Positions 51,233 to 63,244 of a DNA stretch of 64,000 nucleotides are shown here, in pieces. Position 1 is the stretch's first letter, and each line of letters starts with the position of its first letter. This DNA is from Heptranchias perlo (Eukaryota). The notes below the pieces were generated by a model that saw nothing but the letters and a program-made list of their open reading frames with translations, did no database searches and had not been told where the DNA came from. Location: contig NC_090359.1 in NCBI RefSeq assembly GCF_035084215.1, positions 24,242,001-24,306,000 on the forward strand, read 5' to 3'. The position numbers and the translations under genes are program-made.

Positions 51233-51339
51233 AGTTCCAACTTCAGCAACGGACCTGTCGGAAAAACACAAGGAACATGAACTTGATTCAACCATTGCCA
51301 TTTGGACCAGCTGCACCTGGTAGACATTGAATCCAGTAC

Positions 51340-52155
51340 ATAAGAACATAAGAAATAGGAGCAGGAGTAGGCCAATCGGCCCCTCGAGCCTGCTTTGCCA
51401 TTCAATAAGATCATGGCTGATCTGATCCTAACCTCAAATCTAAATTCATGTCCAATTTCCTGCCCGCTCCCCGTAACCCCTAATTCCCTTTACTTCTAGG
51501 AAACTGTCTATTTCTGTTTTAAATTTATTTAATGATGTAGCTTCCACAGCTTCCTGGAGCAGCAAATTCCACAGACCTACTACCCTCTGAGTGAAGAAGT
51601 TTCTCCTCATCTCAGTTTTGAAAGAGCAGCCCCTTATTCTAAGATTATGCCCCCTAGTTCTAGTTTCACCCATCCTTGGGAACATCCTTACCGCATCCAC
51701 CCGATCAAGCCGCTCCACAATCTTATATGTTTCAATAAGATCGCCTCTCATTCTTCTGAACTCCAATGAGTAGAGTCCCAATCTACTCAACCTCTCCTCA
51801 TATGTCCACCCCCTCATCCCCGGGATTAACCGAGTGAACCTTCTTTGTACTGCCTCGAGAGCAAGTATGTCTTTTCTTAAGTATGGAGACCAAAACTGTA
51901 TGCAGTATTGCAGGTGCGGTCTCACCAATACCTTATATAACTGCAGCAATACCTCCCTGTTTTTATATTCTATCCCCCCAGCAATAAAAGCCAACATTCC
52001 GTTGGCCTTCTTGATCACCTGCTGCACCTGCATACTAACTTTTTGATTTTCTTGCACCAGGACCCCCAGATCCCTTTGTACTGCAGTACTTTCCAGTTTC
52101 TCGCCATTAAGATAATAACTTGCTCTCTGATTTTTCCTGCCAAAGTGCATAAAAA
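51340..52155 (-). mobile_element. CR1 LINE 3' fragment (second subfamily, frame still open)
   Basis: ORF 51446-52168: RDLGVLV...KANGMLAFI...LYKVLVRPHLQYC..FWSPYLRKDILALEAVQRRFTRLIPG...RRMRGDLIETYKI. Confidence 0.95.
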
Positions 52156-52244
52156 AGTACAGAGCCATCTAGAGCACGGGCTGAGCACTTTTGTGTGTGT
52201 GTGTGTGTGTGTGTTTGTACGTGTGTGTGTTTGCATATGTGCAG

Positions 52245-54150
52245 AATCATGGAATGGTCACAGCACAGAAGGAGGCCATTTGGCCCATCGAGTCCATGCC
52301 GGCTCTTTCTAAGAGCAATCCAGTTAGTCCCATTCCCCCCGCTCTTTCCCCCTAGCCCTGCAAACTTTTTCCCTTCAAGTATTTATCCTTTTTGAAAGCC
52401 ACGATTGGATCTTCCTCCACCGCCCTTTCAGGCAGTGCATTCCAGATCATAACCGCTCGCTGCGTAAAAATGTTTTTCCTCGTGTCACCTTTGGTTCTTT
52501 TGCCAATCACCTCAAATCTGTGTCCTTTCGTTCTTGACCCTTCCGCCAATGGGAACAGTTTCTCTTTATTTACTTTCTCGAAACCCGTCATGATTTTGAA
52601 CACCTCTGTCAAATCTCCTCTCAACCTTCTCTGCTCTAAGGAGAACAACCCCAGCTTCTCCAGTCTCTCCGCAGAACTGAAGTCCCTCATCCCTGGAACC
52701 ATTCTAGTAAATCTCCTCTGCACCCTCTCCAAGGCCTTGACATCCTTCCTAAAGTGCGGTGCCCAGAATTGGACACAATACTCCAGCTGTGGTCGAACCA
52801 GTGTTTTATAAAGGTTCATCATAACTTCCTTGCTTTTGTATTCTATTCCTCTATTTATAAAGCCCAGGATCCCATATGCTTTTTTAACCAGTTTCTCAAC
52901 CTGTTCTGCCACCATTCAAGATTTGTGCGCATATACCCCCATAAACTCTGTTTCTGCACCCCCTTTAGAATTGTACTATTTAGTTTATATTGCCTCTCCT
53001 TGCTGCCAAAATGTATCACTTCGCACTTCTCTGCCTTAAATTTCATCTGCCACGTGTCCGCCCATTCCACCAGCCTGTCTATATCCTCTTGAAGTCTATC
53101 ACTATCCTCCTCACTGTTTACTAAACTTCCAAGTTTTGTGTCATCTGCAAATTTTGAAATTGTGCCCTGTACACCCAAGTCCAAGTCATTAATATATATC
53201 AACAAAAGCAATGGTCCTAGTACCGACCCCTGGGGAACACCACTGTACACCTCCCTCCAGTCCGAAAAACAACCGTTCACCACGACTCCCTGTTTCCTGT
53301 CACTTAACCAATTCTGTATCCATGCTGTCATTGCCCCTTTTATTCCATGGGCTTCAATTTTGCTGACAAGCCTATTATGTGGCACTTTATCAACACCATC
53401 AACTGCTTTACCCTCATCACCACTCTCTGTTACCTCATCAAAAAACTCAATCAAGTTAGTTAAACACAATTTGCCTTCAATAAATCCGTGCTGGCTTTCC
53501 CTGATCAATCCACACTTGTCCAAGTGACTATTAATTCTGTCCCGGATTATCGTTTCTAAAAGCTTCCCCACCACCGAGGTTAAACTGACTGGCCTGTAGT
53601 TGCTGGGTTTATCCGTACACCCTTTTTTGAACAAGGGTGTAACAATTGCAATTCACCGGTTCCTCTGGCACCACCCCCGTATCTACGGATGTTTGGAAGA
53701 TTATGGCCAGGACCTCTGCAATTTCCACCCTTACTTCCCTCAGCAACCTAGGATGCATCCCATCCGGACCTGGTGACTTATCTACTTTAAGCTTAGCTAG
53801 CCTTTCTAGTACCTACTCTTTATCAATTTTCACCCCATCCAGTATCTCAACCACCTCCCCTTTTACTGTGATTTTGGCAGCCTCTTCTTCCTCGGTAAAG
53901 ACAGATGCAAAGTACTCATTTAGTACCTCAGCCATGCCCTCTGCCTCCATGAGTAGATCTCCTCTTTGGTCCCTAATCATCCCCACCTCTCCTCTTACTA
54001 CCCGTTTACTGTTTACATGCCTGTAGAAGACTTTTGGATTCCCTTTTATGTTGGCCGCCAGTCTATTCTCATACTCTCTCTTTGCACATCTTATTTCCTT
54101 TTTCACTTCCTATCTGTACTATCTATATTCAGCCTGGTTCCCTCTTGTAT
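52245..54150 (-). mobile_element. 5'-truncated CR1 LINE with frameshifted reverse-transcriptase ORF2
   Basis: NYRPVSLTSVVGKLLE, QHGF, SGVPQGSVLGP, ISKFADDTKL RT motifs across ORFs 53813-54106, 52855-53634 and 52352-52915; (TG)n on both sides. Confidence 0.96.
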
Positions 54151-54299
54151 TATCAAGATACACACACGCACATGTATATGAATGTGTGAGTGTATATATG
54201 CATGTGCTTGTGTGTATGTGAATGCGTGTGTGTGTATGTGAAAGTGTGTGTGCTTGTGTGTGTGTGTGTGAGTGTGTGTTTATGTGCGTGTATGTGAAT

Positions 54300-54766
54300 T
54301 TTTTTTTATTCGTTCATGGGATGTGGGCATCGCTGGCGAGGCCGGCATTTATTGCCCATCCCTAATTACCCTTGAGAAGGTGGTGGTGAGCCGCCTTCTT
54401 GAACCACTGCAGTCCGTGTGGTGAAGGTTCTCCCGCAGTGCTGTTAGGAAGGGAGTTCCAGGATTTTGACCCAGCTACGATGAAGGAACGGCCGATATAT
54501 TTCCAAGTCGGGATGGTGTGTGACTTGGAGGGGAACGTGCAGGTGGTGTTGTTCCCATGTGCCTGCTGCTCTTGTCCTTCTAGGTGGTAGAGGTCGCGGG
54601 TTTGGGAGGTGCTGTCGAAGAAGCCTTGGCGAGTTGCTGCAGTGCATCCTGTGGATGGTACACACTGCAGCCACTGTGCGCCAGTGGTGAAGGGAGTGAA
54701 TGTTTAGGTGGATGGGGTGCCAATCAAGTGGGCTGCTTTGTCCTGGATGGTGTCGAGCTTCTTGAG
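54300..54766 (-). mobile_element. LINE (CR1/L2 clade) 3' end running into an assembly gap (N 54767-55087)
   Basis: T-run tail then attcgttcatgggatgtgggcatcgctggc; minus frame LKKLDTIQDKAAHLIG resembles a LINE ORF2 C-terminus. Confidence 0.75.
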
Positions 54767-55804
54767 NNNNNNNNNNNNNNNNNNNNNNNNNNNNNNNNNN
54801 NNNNNNNNNNNNNNNNNNNNNNNNNNNNNNNNNNNNNNNNNNNNNNNNNNNNNNNNNNNNNNNNNNNNNNNNNNNNNNNNNNNNNNNNNNNNNNNNNNNN
54901 NNNNNNNNNNNNNNNNNNNNNNNNNNNNNNNNNNNNNNNNNNNNNNNNNNNNNNNNNNNNNNNNNNNNNNNNNNNNNNNNNNNNNNNNNNNNNNNNNNNN
55001 NNNNNNNNNNNNNNNNNNNNNNNNNNNNNNNNNNNNNNNNNNNNNNNNNNNNNNNNNNNNNNNNNNNNNNNNNNNNNNNNNNNNNNNTGTAACTAGTAGT
55101 AATCCTATAACCAGCTGATATTTACTCTGAAACAATAGGCACAATCCCCCTGCACTGCACAAGGTGCGGTCAGAGTCCCCAGTCAATGCCACTTTTAATA
55201 AGCCCCATCTCTCCCCCTATCTCCTTGGACTCCATGTGTGAAGGTGACAGCTCTAAACTGGGAGCCTCAGTCAGAGCCGATCTGTACTTGGATTTCACAC
55301 ATCACAGACCGTCCGGTACAGACTGACCTGAACCAAACCCAGCGATCGCACAAAGGACAATGGGCTCAGTGTTTGGGGCACTTCTCACAGGGCACATCGT
55401 CCTAAACTCAGCTCAGGGCCAACATTTCTAAACCACTCCCTGAGCTCGGACTCAATAAAGAAGAGTTTTCATAGAATGATAGAAATTACAGACCAGGAGG
55501 AGGTCTTTTTGGCCTCAAATATCCCATTGCCTTTGAATTGAAGTTTTAGCCTCTACCTCAATAGCTACATGTGGTGAAGCACCCCACGGTCCAATAGCCC
55601 TCAGTTCAAGGACGTTCCTCCTCCCTTCCCCCTTGTTTCCTCCAGTGAGACTCCTTGGTTTCCGTTTCTCCAGGTCCCCATTCGTCCACCAGTGGAAATA
55701 ATCGTTCCCCAGTTACCCACAGTGAGGTCCCCTTTACTGGCTGCTCCTCCCCTCTCACTGCTGCTCCCACTCACCACGTTACTGCTGCGGCTGCTCCCGG
55801 CTCC

Positions 55805-56400
55805 CCCCGATTTCAGAAGCCCCCCTATTTCAGTCCCCCCTATTTCAGAGCCCCCCCTATTTCAGAGTTCCCCCCTATTTGAGAGTCCTCCCTATTTCAG
55901 TGTCCCCTATTTGAGAGTCCCCCCCTATTTCAGAGCCCCCCCTATTTCAGTGCCCCCTATTTGAGAGTCCCCCCCTATTTCAGAGCCCCCCTATTTCAGA
56001 GTCCTCCCTATTTCAGTGCCCCCCCCTATTTCAGAGTCCCCCCCTATTTCAGTGCCCCCTATTTCAGAGCCCCCCCTATTTCAGTGCCCCCTATTTCAGA
56101 GTCCCCCCCATTACGAGCCCCCCCTATTTCAGAGTCCCCCCCTATTTCAGAGTCCCCCCTATTTCAGAGCCCCCCCTATTTCAGTGCCCCCTATTTCAGA
56201 GTCCCCCCCATTACGAGCCCCCCCTATTTCAGAGTCCCCCCCTATTTCAGAGTCCCCCCTATTTCAGAGCCCCCCCTATTTCAGTGCCCCCTATTTCAGA
56301 GTCCCCCCCATTATGAGCCCCCCCTATTTCAGAGTCCCCCCACTATTTCAGAGCCCCCCCCTATTTCAGAGCTCCCTCTATTTCAGAGCCCCCCGATTGC
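55805..56400. repeat. 15-18-bp minisatellite (cccccctatttcagag)
   Basis: Tandem C-run plus tatttcagag units; G-runs on the minus strand. Confidence 0.92.
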
Positions 56401-56444
56401 TGAGCCCCCCACCCCCCCCCCTCCAAATGACTACACCTCCGATT

Positions 56445-56530
56445 CCCGATTGGACTCCACGAGGTCGTGACTCTCTGTGGGTGACGTCACTGAGCCAAAG
56501 GCTTTGCTAATGGCAGCCAATGACATCACG
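56445..56530. promoter_or_regulatory. Candidate promoter motif cluster (CRE plus two CCAAT boxes)
   Basis: Perfect TGACGTCA at 56482-56489, ATTGG at 56449-56453, CCAAT at 56517-56521 overlapping CRE-like TGACATCA; non-repetitive sequence upstream of gene C. Motif match only. Confidence 0.4.
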
Positions 56531-56649
56531 GAGCGCAGGTGGCAAGAAGTTTAAATCATGGATTTCCTGGGCTGCTGGAGGCAGCGCCCGGGGGAGGAGA
56601 CCCTCAAATCTGGGAAACTGCCGGTCATTCCGGGAGGGTTGGGAACCCT

Positions 56650-57665
56650 GGTGTAGGCCCAGAGTGGGTAGGGGTGGGACTGGAGTCACATGTAGGACCA
56701 GACTGGGTAGAGGTGGGGACTGGAGTCACATGTAGGCCCAGACTGGGTAGAGGTGGGGACTGGAGTCACATGTAGGCCCAGACTGGGGAGAGATGGGGAC
56801 TGGAGTCACATGTAGGCCCAGACTGGGTAGAGGTGGGGACTGGAGTCACATGTAGGCCCAGACTGGGTAGAGGTGGGGACTGGAGTCACATGTAGGCCCA
56901 GACTGGGTAGAGGTGGGGACTGGAGTCACATGTAGGCCCAGACTGGGGAGAGATGGGGACTGGAGTCACATGTAGGCCCAGACTGGGTAGAGGTGGGGAC
57001 TGGAGTCACATGTAGGCCCAGACTGGGTAGAGATGGGGACTGGAGTCACATGTAGGCCCAGACTGGGTAGAGATGGGGACTGGAGTCACATGTAGGCCCA
57101 GACTGGGTAGAGGTGGGGACTGGAGTCACATGTAGGCCCAGACTGGGTAGAGATGGGGACTGGAGTCACATGTAGGCCCAGACTGGGTAGAGGTGGGACT
57201 GGAGTCACATGTAGGCCCAGACTGGGTAGAGGTGGGGACTGGAGTCACATGTAGGCCCAGACTGGGTAGAGGTGGGGACTGGAGTCACATGTAGGCCCAG
57301 ACTGGGTAGAGGTGGGGACTGGAGTCACATGTAGGCCCAAACCAGTTAGAGGTGGGACTGGAGTCACGTGTAGGCCCAGACATGGTTCTGATGGGACTGG
57401 AGTCACGTGTAGGCCCAGAACGGTTTGGGGTGGGACTGGAGTCATGTGTAGGCCCAGACATGGTTCTGATGGGACTGGAGTCACGTGTAGGTCCAGAGCA
57501 GGTAGGGGTGGGACTGGAGTGACGTGTAGGCCAGGTGGGGTAGGGATAGGATTGGAGCCACACTCCAGAACAGACAAGGTCGTAGTCGACATGGAGTTTG
57601 GATCTGGAGTCACGTGTAAACCCAGAATGGGTAAGTGATGGGACTGGAGTCACGTGTAGGCCAGA
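56650..57665. repeat. 40-bp minisatellite
   Basis: Tandem tggagtcacatgtaggcccagactgggtagaggtggggac, degenerating after ~57340. Confidence 0.95.
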
Positions 57666-57771
57666 CGATGTTGGGTGGCGGGTTCCCTTCCCTGAAGGGC
57701 ATGAGTGAACCAGTTGGGTTTTTACCCGGGGACAATGGCGACTATGATGGGTTTTTTTAAATAGGGGGAAC

Positions 57772-58568
57772 ATTACTCTGTATCTAATCCGTGCTGTACC
57801 TGCCCTGGGAGTGTTTGATGGGACAGTGTAGAGGGAGCTTTACTCTGTATCTAACCCGTGCTGTACCTGCCCTGGGAATGTTTGATGGGACAGTGTAGAG
57901 GGAGCTTTACTCTGTGTCTAACCCGTGCTGTACCTGCCCTGGGAGTGTTTGATGGGACAGTGTAGAGGGAGCTTTACTCTGTATCTAACCCTGTACCTGC
58001 CCTGGGAGTGTTTGATGGGACAGTGTAGAGGGAGCTTTACTCTGTATCTAACCCGTGCTGTACCCGCCCTGGGAGTGTTTGATGGGACAGTGTAGAGGGA
58101 GCTTTACTCTGTATCTAACCCGTGCTGTACCCGCCCTGGGAGTGTTTGATGGGACAGTGTAGAGGGAGCTTTACTCTGTATCTAACCCGTGCTGTACCCG
58201 CCCTGGGAGTGTTTGATGGGACAGTGTAGAGGGAGCTTTACTCTGTATCTAACCCGTGCTGTACCTGCCCTGGGAGTGTTTGATGGGACAGTGTAGAGGG
58301 AGCTTTACTCTGTATCTAACCCGTGCTGTACCCGCCCTGGGAGTGTTTGATGGGACAGTGTAGAGGGAGCTTTACTCTGTATCTAACCCGTGCTGTACCT
58401 GCCCTGGGAGTGTTTGATGGGACAGTGTAGAGGGAGCTTTACTCTGTATCTAACCCGTGCTGTACCCGCCCTGGGAGTGTTTGATGGGACAGTGTAGAGG
58501 GAGCTTTACTCTGTATCTAACCCGTGCTGTACCTGCCCTGGGAGTGTTTGATGGGACAGTGTGGAGGG
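57772..58568. repeat. 67-bp minisatellite
   Basis: Tandem gggagctttactctgtatctaacccgtgctgtacctgccctgggagtgtttgatgggacagtgtaga, ~12 copies. Confidence 0.95.
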
Positions 58569-58594
58569 ATTGAGGAGTGGAGGGAGATCTACAT

Positions 58595-59165
58595 TGGAAC
58601 ATGACAACATATGAACAGGAGGAGGCCATTCAGCCCCTCAAGCCTGTTCCGCCATTCAATGAGATCATGGCTGATCTGTAACTTAACTCCATTTACCCGC
58701 CTTGGTTTAATTTCCCTTAATACCCTCACCGAACAAAAATCTCTCAATCTCAGTTTTGAAATTTTCAATTGACCCCCAGCCTCAACAGCTTTTCGGGGGA
58801 GAGAGTTCCAGATTTCCACTCCCCTTTGTGTGACGAAGTGCTTCCTGACATCACCCCTGAACGGCCTGGCTCTAATTTGAAGGTCATGCCCCCTTGTTCT
58901 GGACTCTCCCCACCAGAGGAAATAGTTTCTCTCTATCGACCCTATCCAAACCTTTAACCACCTTAAACACCTCAATTAGATCAACCCCTTAATCTTCTAT
59001 ACTCAAGGGATCACCAACCTGGTCTATGCAACCTGCCCTCGTAAGTTAACCCTTTTAGCCCCAGTATCATTCTGGTGAATCTGCACTGCACCCACTCCAA
59101 GGCCGATATATGCTTCCTGAGGTGCGGTACCCAGAATCGAACACAGTGCTCCAGATGGGGTCTAT
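58595..59165 (-). mobile_element. CR1 LINE 3' fragment
   Basis: ESRTRGHDLQIRARPFRGDVRKHFVTQRGVEIWNSLP and RPHLEHCVRFW..HLRK motifs. Confidence 0.9.
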
Positions 59166-59369
59166 CCTGGACAGAAGAGGCTGTGAGACACATTGGAACA
59201 GGGCAAGAAATATGCAGAGTTGCAAAGTCAGGAAATGAAGGTGATCAGGCATCAGAGGTTTGAGATGCTGCAATCAGTGTGAATCAGCGGGAAGGAGTAT
59301 AGGATTAAACTCCCACCATAAAAAACTACTCGAGGGTCTGATCAGCAGGGATACAAGGCGGGAGACTCG

Positions 59370-59890
59370 GTATAACAACAACCTGCATTTATATAGCGCC
59401 TTTAACGTAGTAAAACGTCCCAGGAGCGATTATCAAACAAAATTTGACACCGAGTAACATAAGGAGATATTGGGACAGGCGACCAAAAGCTCGGTCAAAG
59501 AGGTAGGTTTTAAGGAGCGTCTTAAAGGAGGAGAGAGAGGCGGAGAGGTTTAGGGAGGGAATTCCAGAGCTTAGGGCCCAGGCAGCTGAAGGCACGGCCG
59601 CCAATGGTGGAGCGATGGAAATCGGGGATGCGCAAGAGGTCGGAATTGGAGGAGCGCAGAGATCTCGGAGGGTTGGAGGGCTGGAGGAGGTTACGGAGAT
59701 AGGGGAGGTGGCGAGAGCCCGTGGAGGGATTTGAAAACAAGGATGAGAATTTTTAAATCGAGGCGTTACTGCACCGGGAGCCAATGTCGGTCAGCGAGCA
59801 CAGGGGGGTGATGGGAGAACGGGACCTGGTGCGAGTTAGGATACGGGGCTGCTGTGTTTCAGATGAGCTCGAGTTTATGGAGGGTGCAAA
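59370..59890 (-). mobile_element. L2-type LINE 3' fragment
   Basis: PYLRNLLQPSNPPRSLRSSNSDLL..P...TIGGRAFSCLGPKLWNSLP..FKTLLKTYLFD; tail ggcgctatataaatgcaggttgttg. Confidence 0.88.
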
Positions 59891-60609
59891 GGTCAGGTCA
59901 GGAACAGAGCAGAGAGCCCACACTGATGTGTCTCCCCCTCCACTTCGAGTTACTACTGAGCCATTCAGACCAGGAGGTTGTGTGATGGATCCCTGATCAG
60001 GGCTGGGTTTGCCAGTGGTGGCACCAGTGCCCCTGCGTTAGAAAGGGGAAAGTCAACCAGGATTGCTGCACCTGATCCCTATCCGGTGAGAATTCCCTGT
60101 GTCAGTTGGACGTAGCGGCGTTGCCTTCACAGTGGAATAGCCCGACAGCAGTGAAGAACTGCCTCCTCCCCCCTCACCAAGGGACCTTCCTGCACCTCAC
60201 CCCAAACACAAAAAGGGCATTTGTATGTTATGAGCTTTGACAGCAAGAATCGGCAGGCTATTTGACTGTGGAGGGCATTGCAGCTGCCCTCACCCAACAC
60301 CCAGGTGCACAAGTCAGCGGGAATCGCGGAGCAGCTGATTCCCGAGTCCGCTGACTCATTGGACTCCTAAGCTTCGCAAACGGCAGTGTCATGTTTGTGA
60401 GAACACCAGCCTGCTACGGGCGCGCCTTATCATGACATCATGCTGGGCTAACAATGCCTCCTCCTCCTTTTTGTCCTTTCCACCCTTCCCCCCTCTATTT
60501 CATCCCAAAATTGGCCTGCAACATTCTGGAAAAATGTGCGTTCCGTGTCCCCCTCCCGTGGGGAATATTCTCCGTGCCACCGAGTGCTTCACGTACAATG
60601 AATTACTTT

Positions 60610-60850
60610 AAGGTGCAGTGACGGACGCTGTGCTGAAGCCAATTTGCACACAGCAAAGATCCCACAAATAGCAATAAAATGAACCCGGCTTTTTTTTTTT
60701 AGTTGAGGGATAAATGTTGGCCGGGACACAGGGGAGAACTACCACCCCCCACCCTGCTCGTCTTCCAATAGTGGCCGTGGGATCTTTCCTGTCCACCTGA
60801 GAGGGCAGACGGGGCCTCAGTTTATTGTCTCATCTGAAGGACAGCACTGC
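60610..60850 (-). mobile_element. Degenerate DeuSINE fragment
   Basis: gggatctttcctgtccacctgagagggcagacggggcctcag..tctcatctgaaggacagcac. Confidence 0.75.
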
Positions 60851-60994
60851 CAGATCTGCAGCTGAAACATTAACCAGCCTATTGAGCTGACCACAGGCCC
60901 GCTGTCGACTCACTGTGCTTTCTGGACTGATTCGAATGATTATTTATCTGCCTGTTCCGTTTCCACAGGCAGTGCCTCTCTCAGCAGCCTGCTG

Positions 60995-61312
60995 CTCCTC
61001 TCTCCCCTTTCCCTCTCCATCTTTACTTCTCCTCTTTCTCTTCCGCCCTCCCTTTATCTTTCTTGCCTCTTTCTCTCTCTCTCGGCCCCTCTCTCCCCGC
61101 TCGCCCTCTCTTTCTTTCTCTCCCTCCCTCTCTTTCTTTCCATCTCCATCTTTGTCCCTCTCCCTCTGTCTCTTCCTCTCCGTCTTCCATTCCCCCTCTC
61201 CGTCTCTCTCCGTCTCTCTCTTTGTATTTCTCCATCATCTCTCTCTCTCTCTCTGCCTCTTCATTTTCCTCCCCCCTTCCTCTCCGCACTCTCTCTCTCC
61301 CCCTCTCCTCCG
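60995..61312. repeat. CT-rich low-complexity tract
   Basis: Nearly pure pyrimidine sequence. Confidence 0.85.
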
Positions 61313-63244
61313 CCACGATCATTTCTGCCGCCGTCTCTAATTTCTGCTTCCTTGCTCTGAAAGAACAGGCGACAAATAGCAAAGACAAGGTGAACCTCCT
61401 CGATGTTGCTGCTGCAATAAAATCTGTCTTTGTACAGATGCTGGAACATACTATACTCACAGTGTGATGGGCCAGTCACTGAATGCTTCTCTCAAGAATT
61501 GCAGACAGCCTCTCGTGCTGCGAGACCCCTCGTCTGATTGGATTAATGGATTAGCACACAGGCGATGGGTGACGTGCGTGAGGTTAACTGCTTGGCATTG
61601 CGCAATTTTAACCTTGCAGTGTGCTGGCTGCTGATTCCTTGGTAACCAGAAAGATGCCACTGATAGTCTCAGTCTGGCAGGCTGAGGCTATAGGGATGCA
61701 CTGGGACCAAGTGAGGGGCGTTTATCAGATTGGGAGGGGGGTACCTGAGGGATTTGCTCAGATTAATGCCGACTGCTTAACTTCTCCCCAAATCCTTCGA
61801 CCCCCTTTATCCCGAAACACATTCGATCACCCCTGATTCCGAGAGGGAATTTACATTTTTAAAAATTGATACAACTCCTTCACTGCAGCAGTTCGCCTGA
61901 TGTCAGTCGTCGGGTTAAACATCGCACTCCACCCCCCCTCTCTCTCTCTCTCTCCTGCGGGCCGACAGGTGCCAGCCCTGCTCCTCGCACCTCGCTCCCT
62001 CTTAGTGCGTGGAGGGGCAATCAGTGGCAACCAGCTATTCCACCGTGGGGAGAGAATCGCAGGCCCCAGCGTCCTTTCCCCCCCCCCCAACGCCCCTTCC
62101 CCGTCCCATCTCCTCTCCCTCTCTCCCCCCACCCCCACCACCATGCTCCTCATCGCTCCCCCCCAACTCCATCTCTTCCCATCCCTTACCCCACATAGTC
62201 CCATCCCCTCCCGACTCCCATCCACCTGCACTTTCCAGCATTGGGAACTCTGGTTGATATTTCCAACCCCACCCCCTCCGCACATGAAGGAGTGGGGGGG
62301 TTGATACAGAGGCCGGGTCCCGCCCTCTGGCTTGGTACTGCACTCTCGCTGGCTGTGAGTTTTACTGCTAGGTTTCAGGAGGCGTTTTAAGGTCCTCACC
62401 ACAGACAAACCAATGACAATTCAACACCAGTTTAATGCGCAGTTGGGCGTTTGGGCCCCTCCCCTGGTTGCCAGGCACCAAATAGCAGGCCCAGTAGGCG
62501 GCCTCCCCCCACCACCTCAGACTGCATCCCCGATTCCCTTACCTGACTGCCAGGGACCGTTTCCCCCCCGGGCTCCTGCCCTGCTCACCCGGCTCCCACC
62601 CACCTACCTCACGTACATTCCCACCGGGTGCAGTCGGGAGCCGGGCCTGGAGTTAAAATGGCCTGGGCCTCTCGCCAGCGAGTCAGAGAGATTCCGCTAG
62701 GCCCCAGGCTCACCTCTTGGCCCAGGTTAAAATCGGGGATCGAGAGAGAGGGAGAGAGAGAGAGTTAGAGGGAAGAGATAGGGATCGATTGATAAATGAT
62801 GAAGTAGAGAGGTAGATAGAGAGGGAACATCGACCAGGGTAGCCACTCCTGATCACGATCGAGTAATGCTCGCTGGACAATGCAATCGTCAGGTGATGGA
62901 GGCTCAGTCTCAGCTGGGACACCCACCCTGACCAAAATAGGGAACGGCCCCTCATCTGCGAGTCCGAACCTCCAGCAGAGTTAGAGGACCGGCAGGGTCT
63001 TCACACCCGCCCCCCACCCCGAACCTGGCCGGGGGGTGGGGTGGGGAATTCGGGCGCCAAGCGGGCCGTCGCTGGGGTCCCGCGGGAACTGTCCCCAGCG
63101 GTCAGGTGAGATGTGGGAGGTGGTGGGAAGGACGGGGAGGGGTCCAGAGGGGATTGCTAAAGTTGGGGGGCTGGGGGGGGGGCTCAGGGTAAGGGGAGGC
63201 CCACGGTCTCCTGAACCCCCTCTTGGCCTACAGGGAATCGTAGG

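Noticed and set aside
52352-54106. Reverse transcriptase as an active or novel RT system
   Set aside because: Ordinary CR1 ORF2, 5'-truncated, frameshifted and with an internal deletion in the RT core
61340-61467. Possible plus-strand terminal exon after the CT tract (EQATNSKDKVNLL...TV*)
   Set aside because: No recognisable domain or partner exons; the pyrimidine tract is simple repeat
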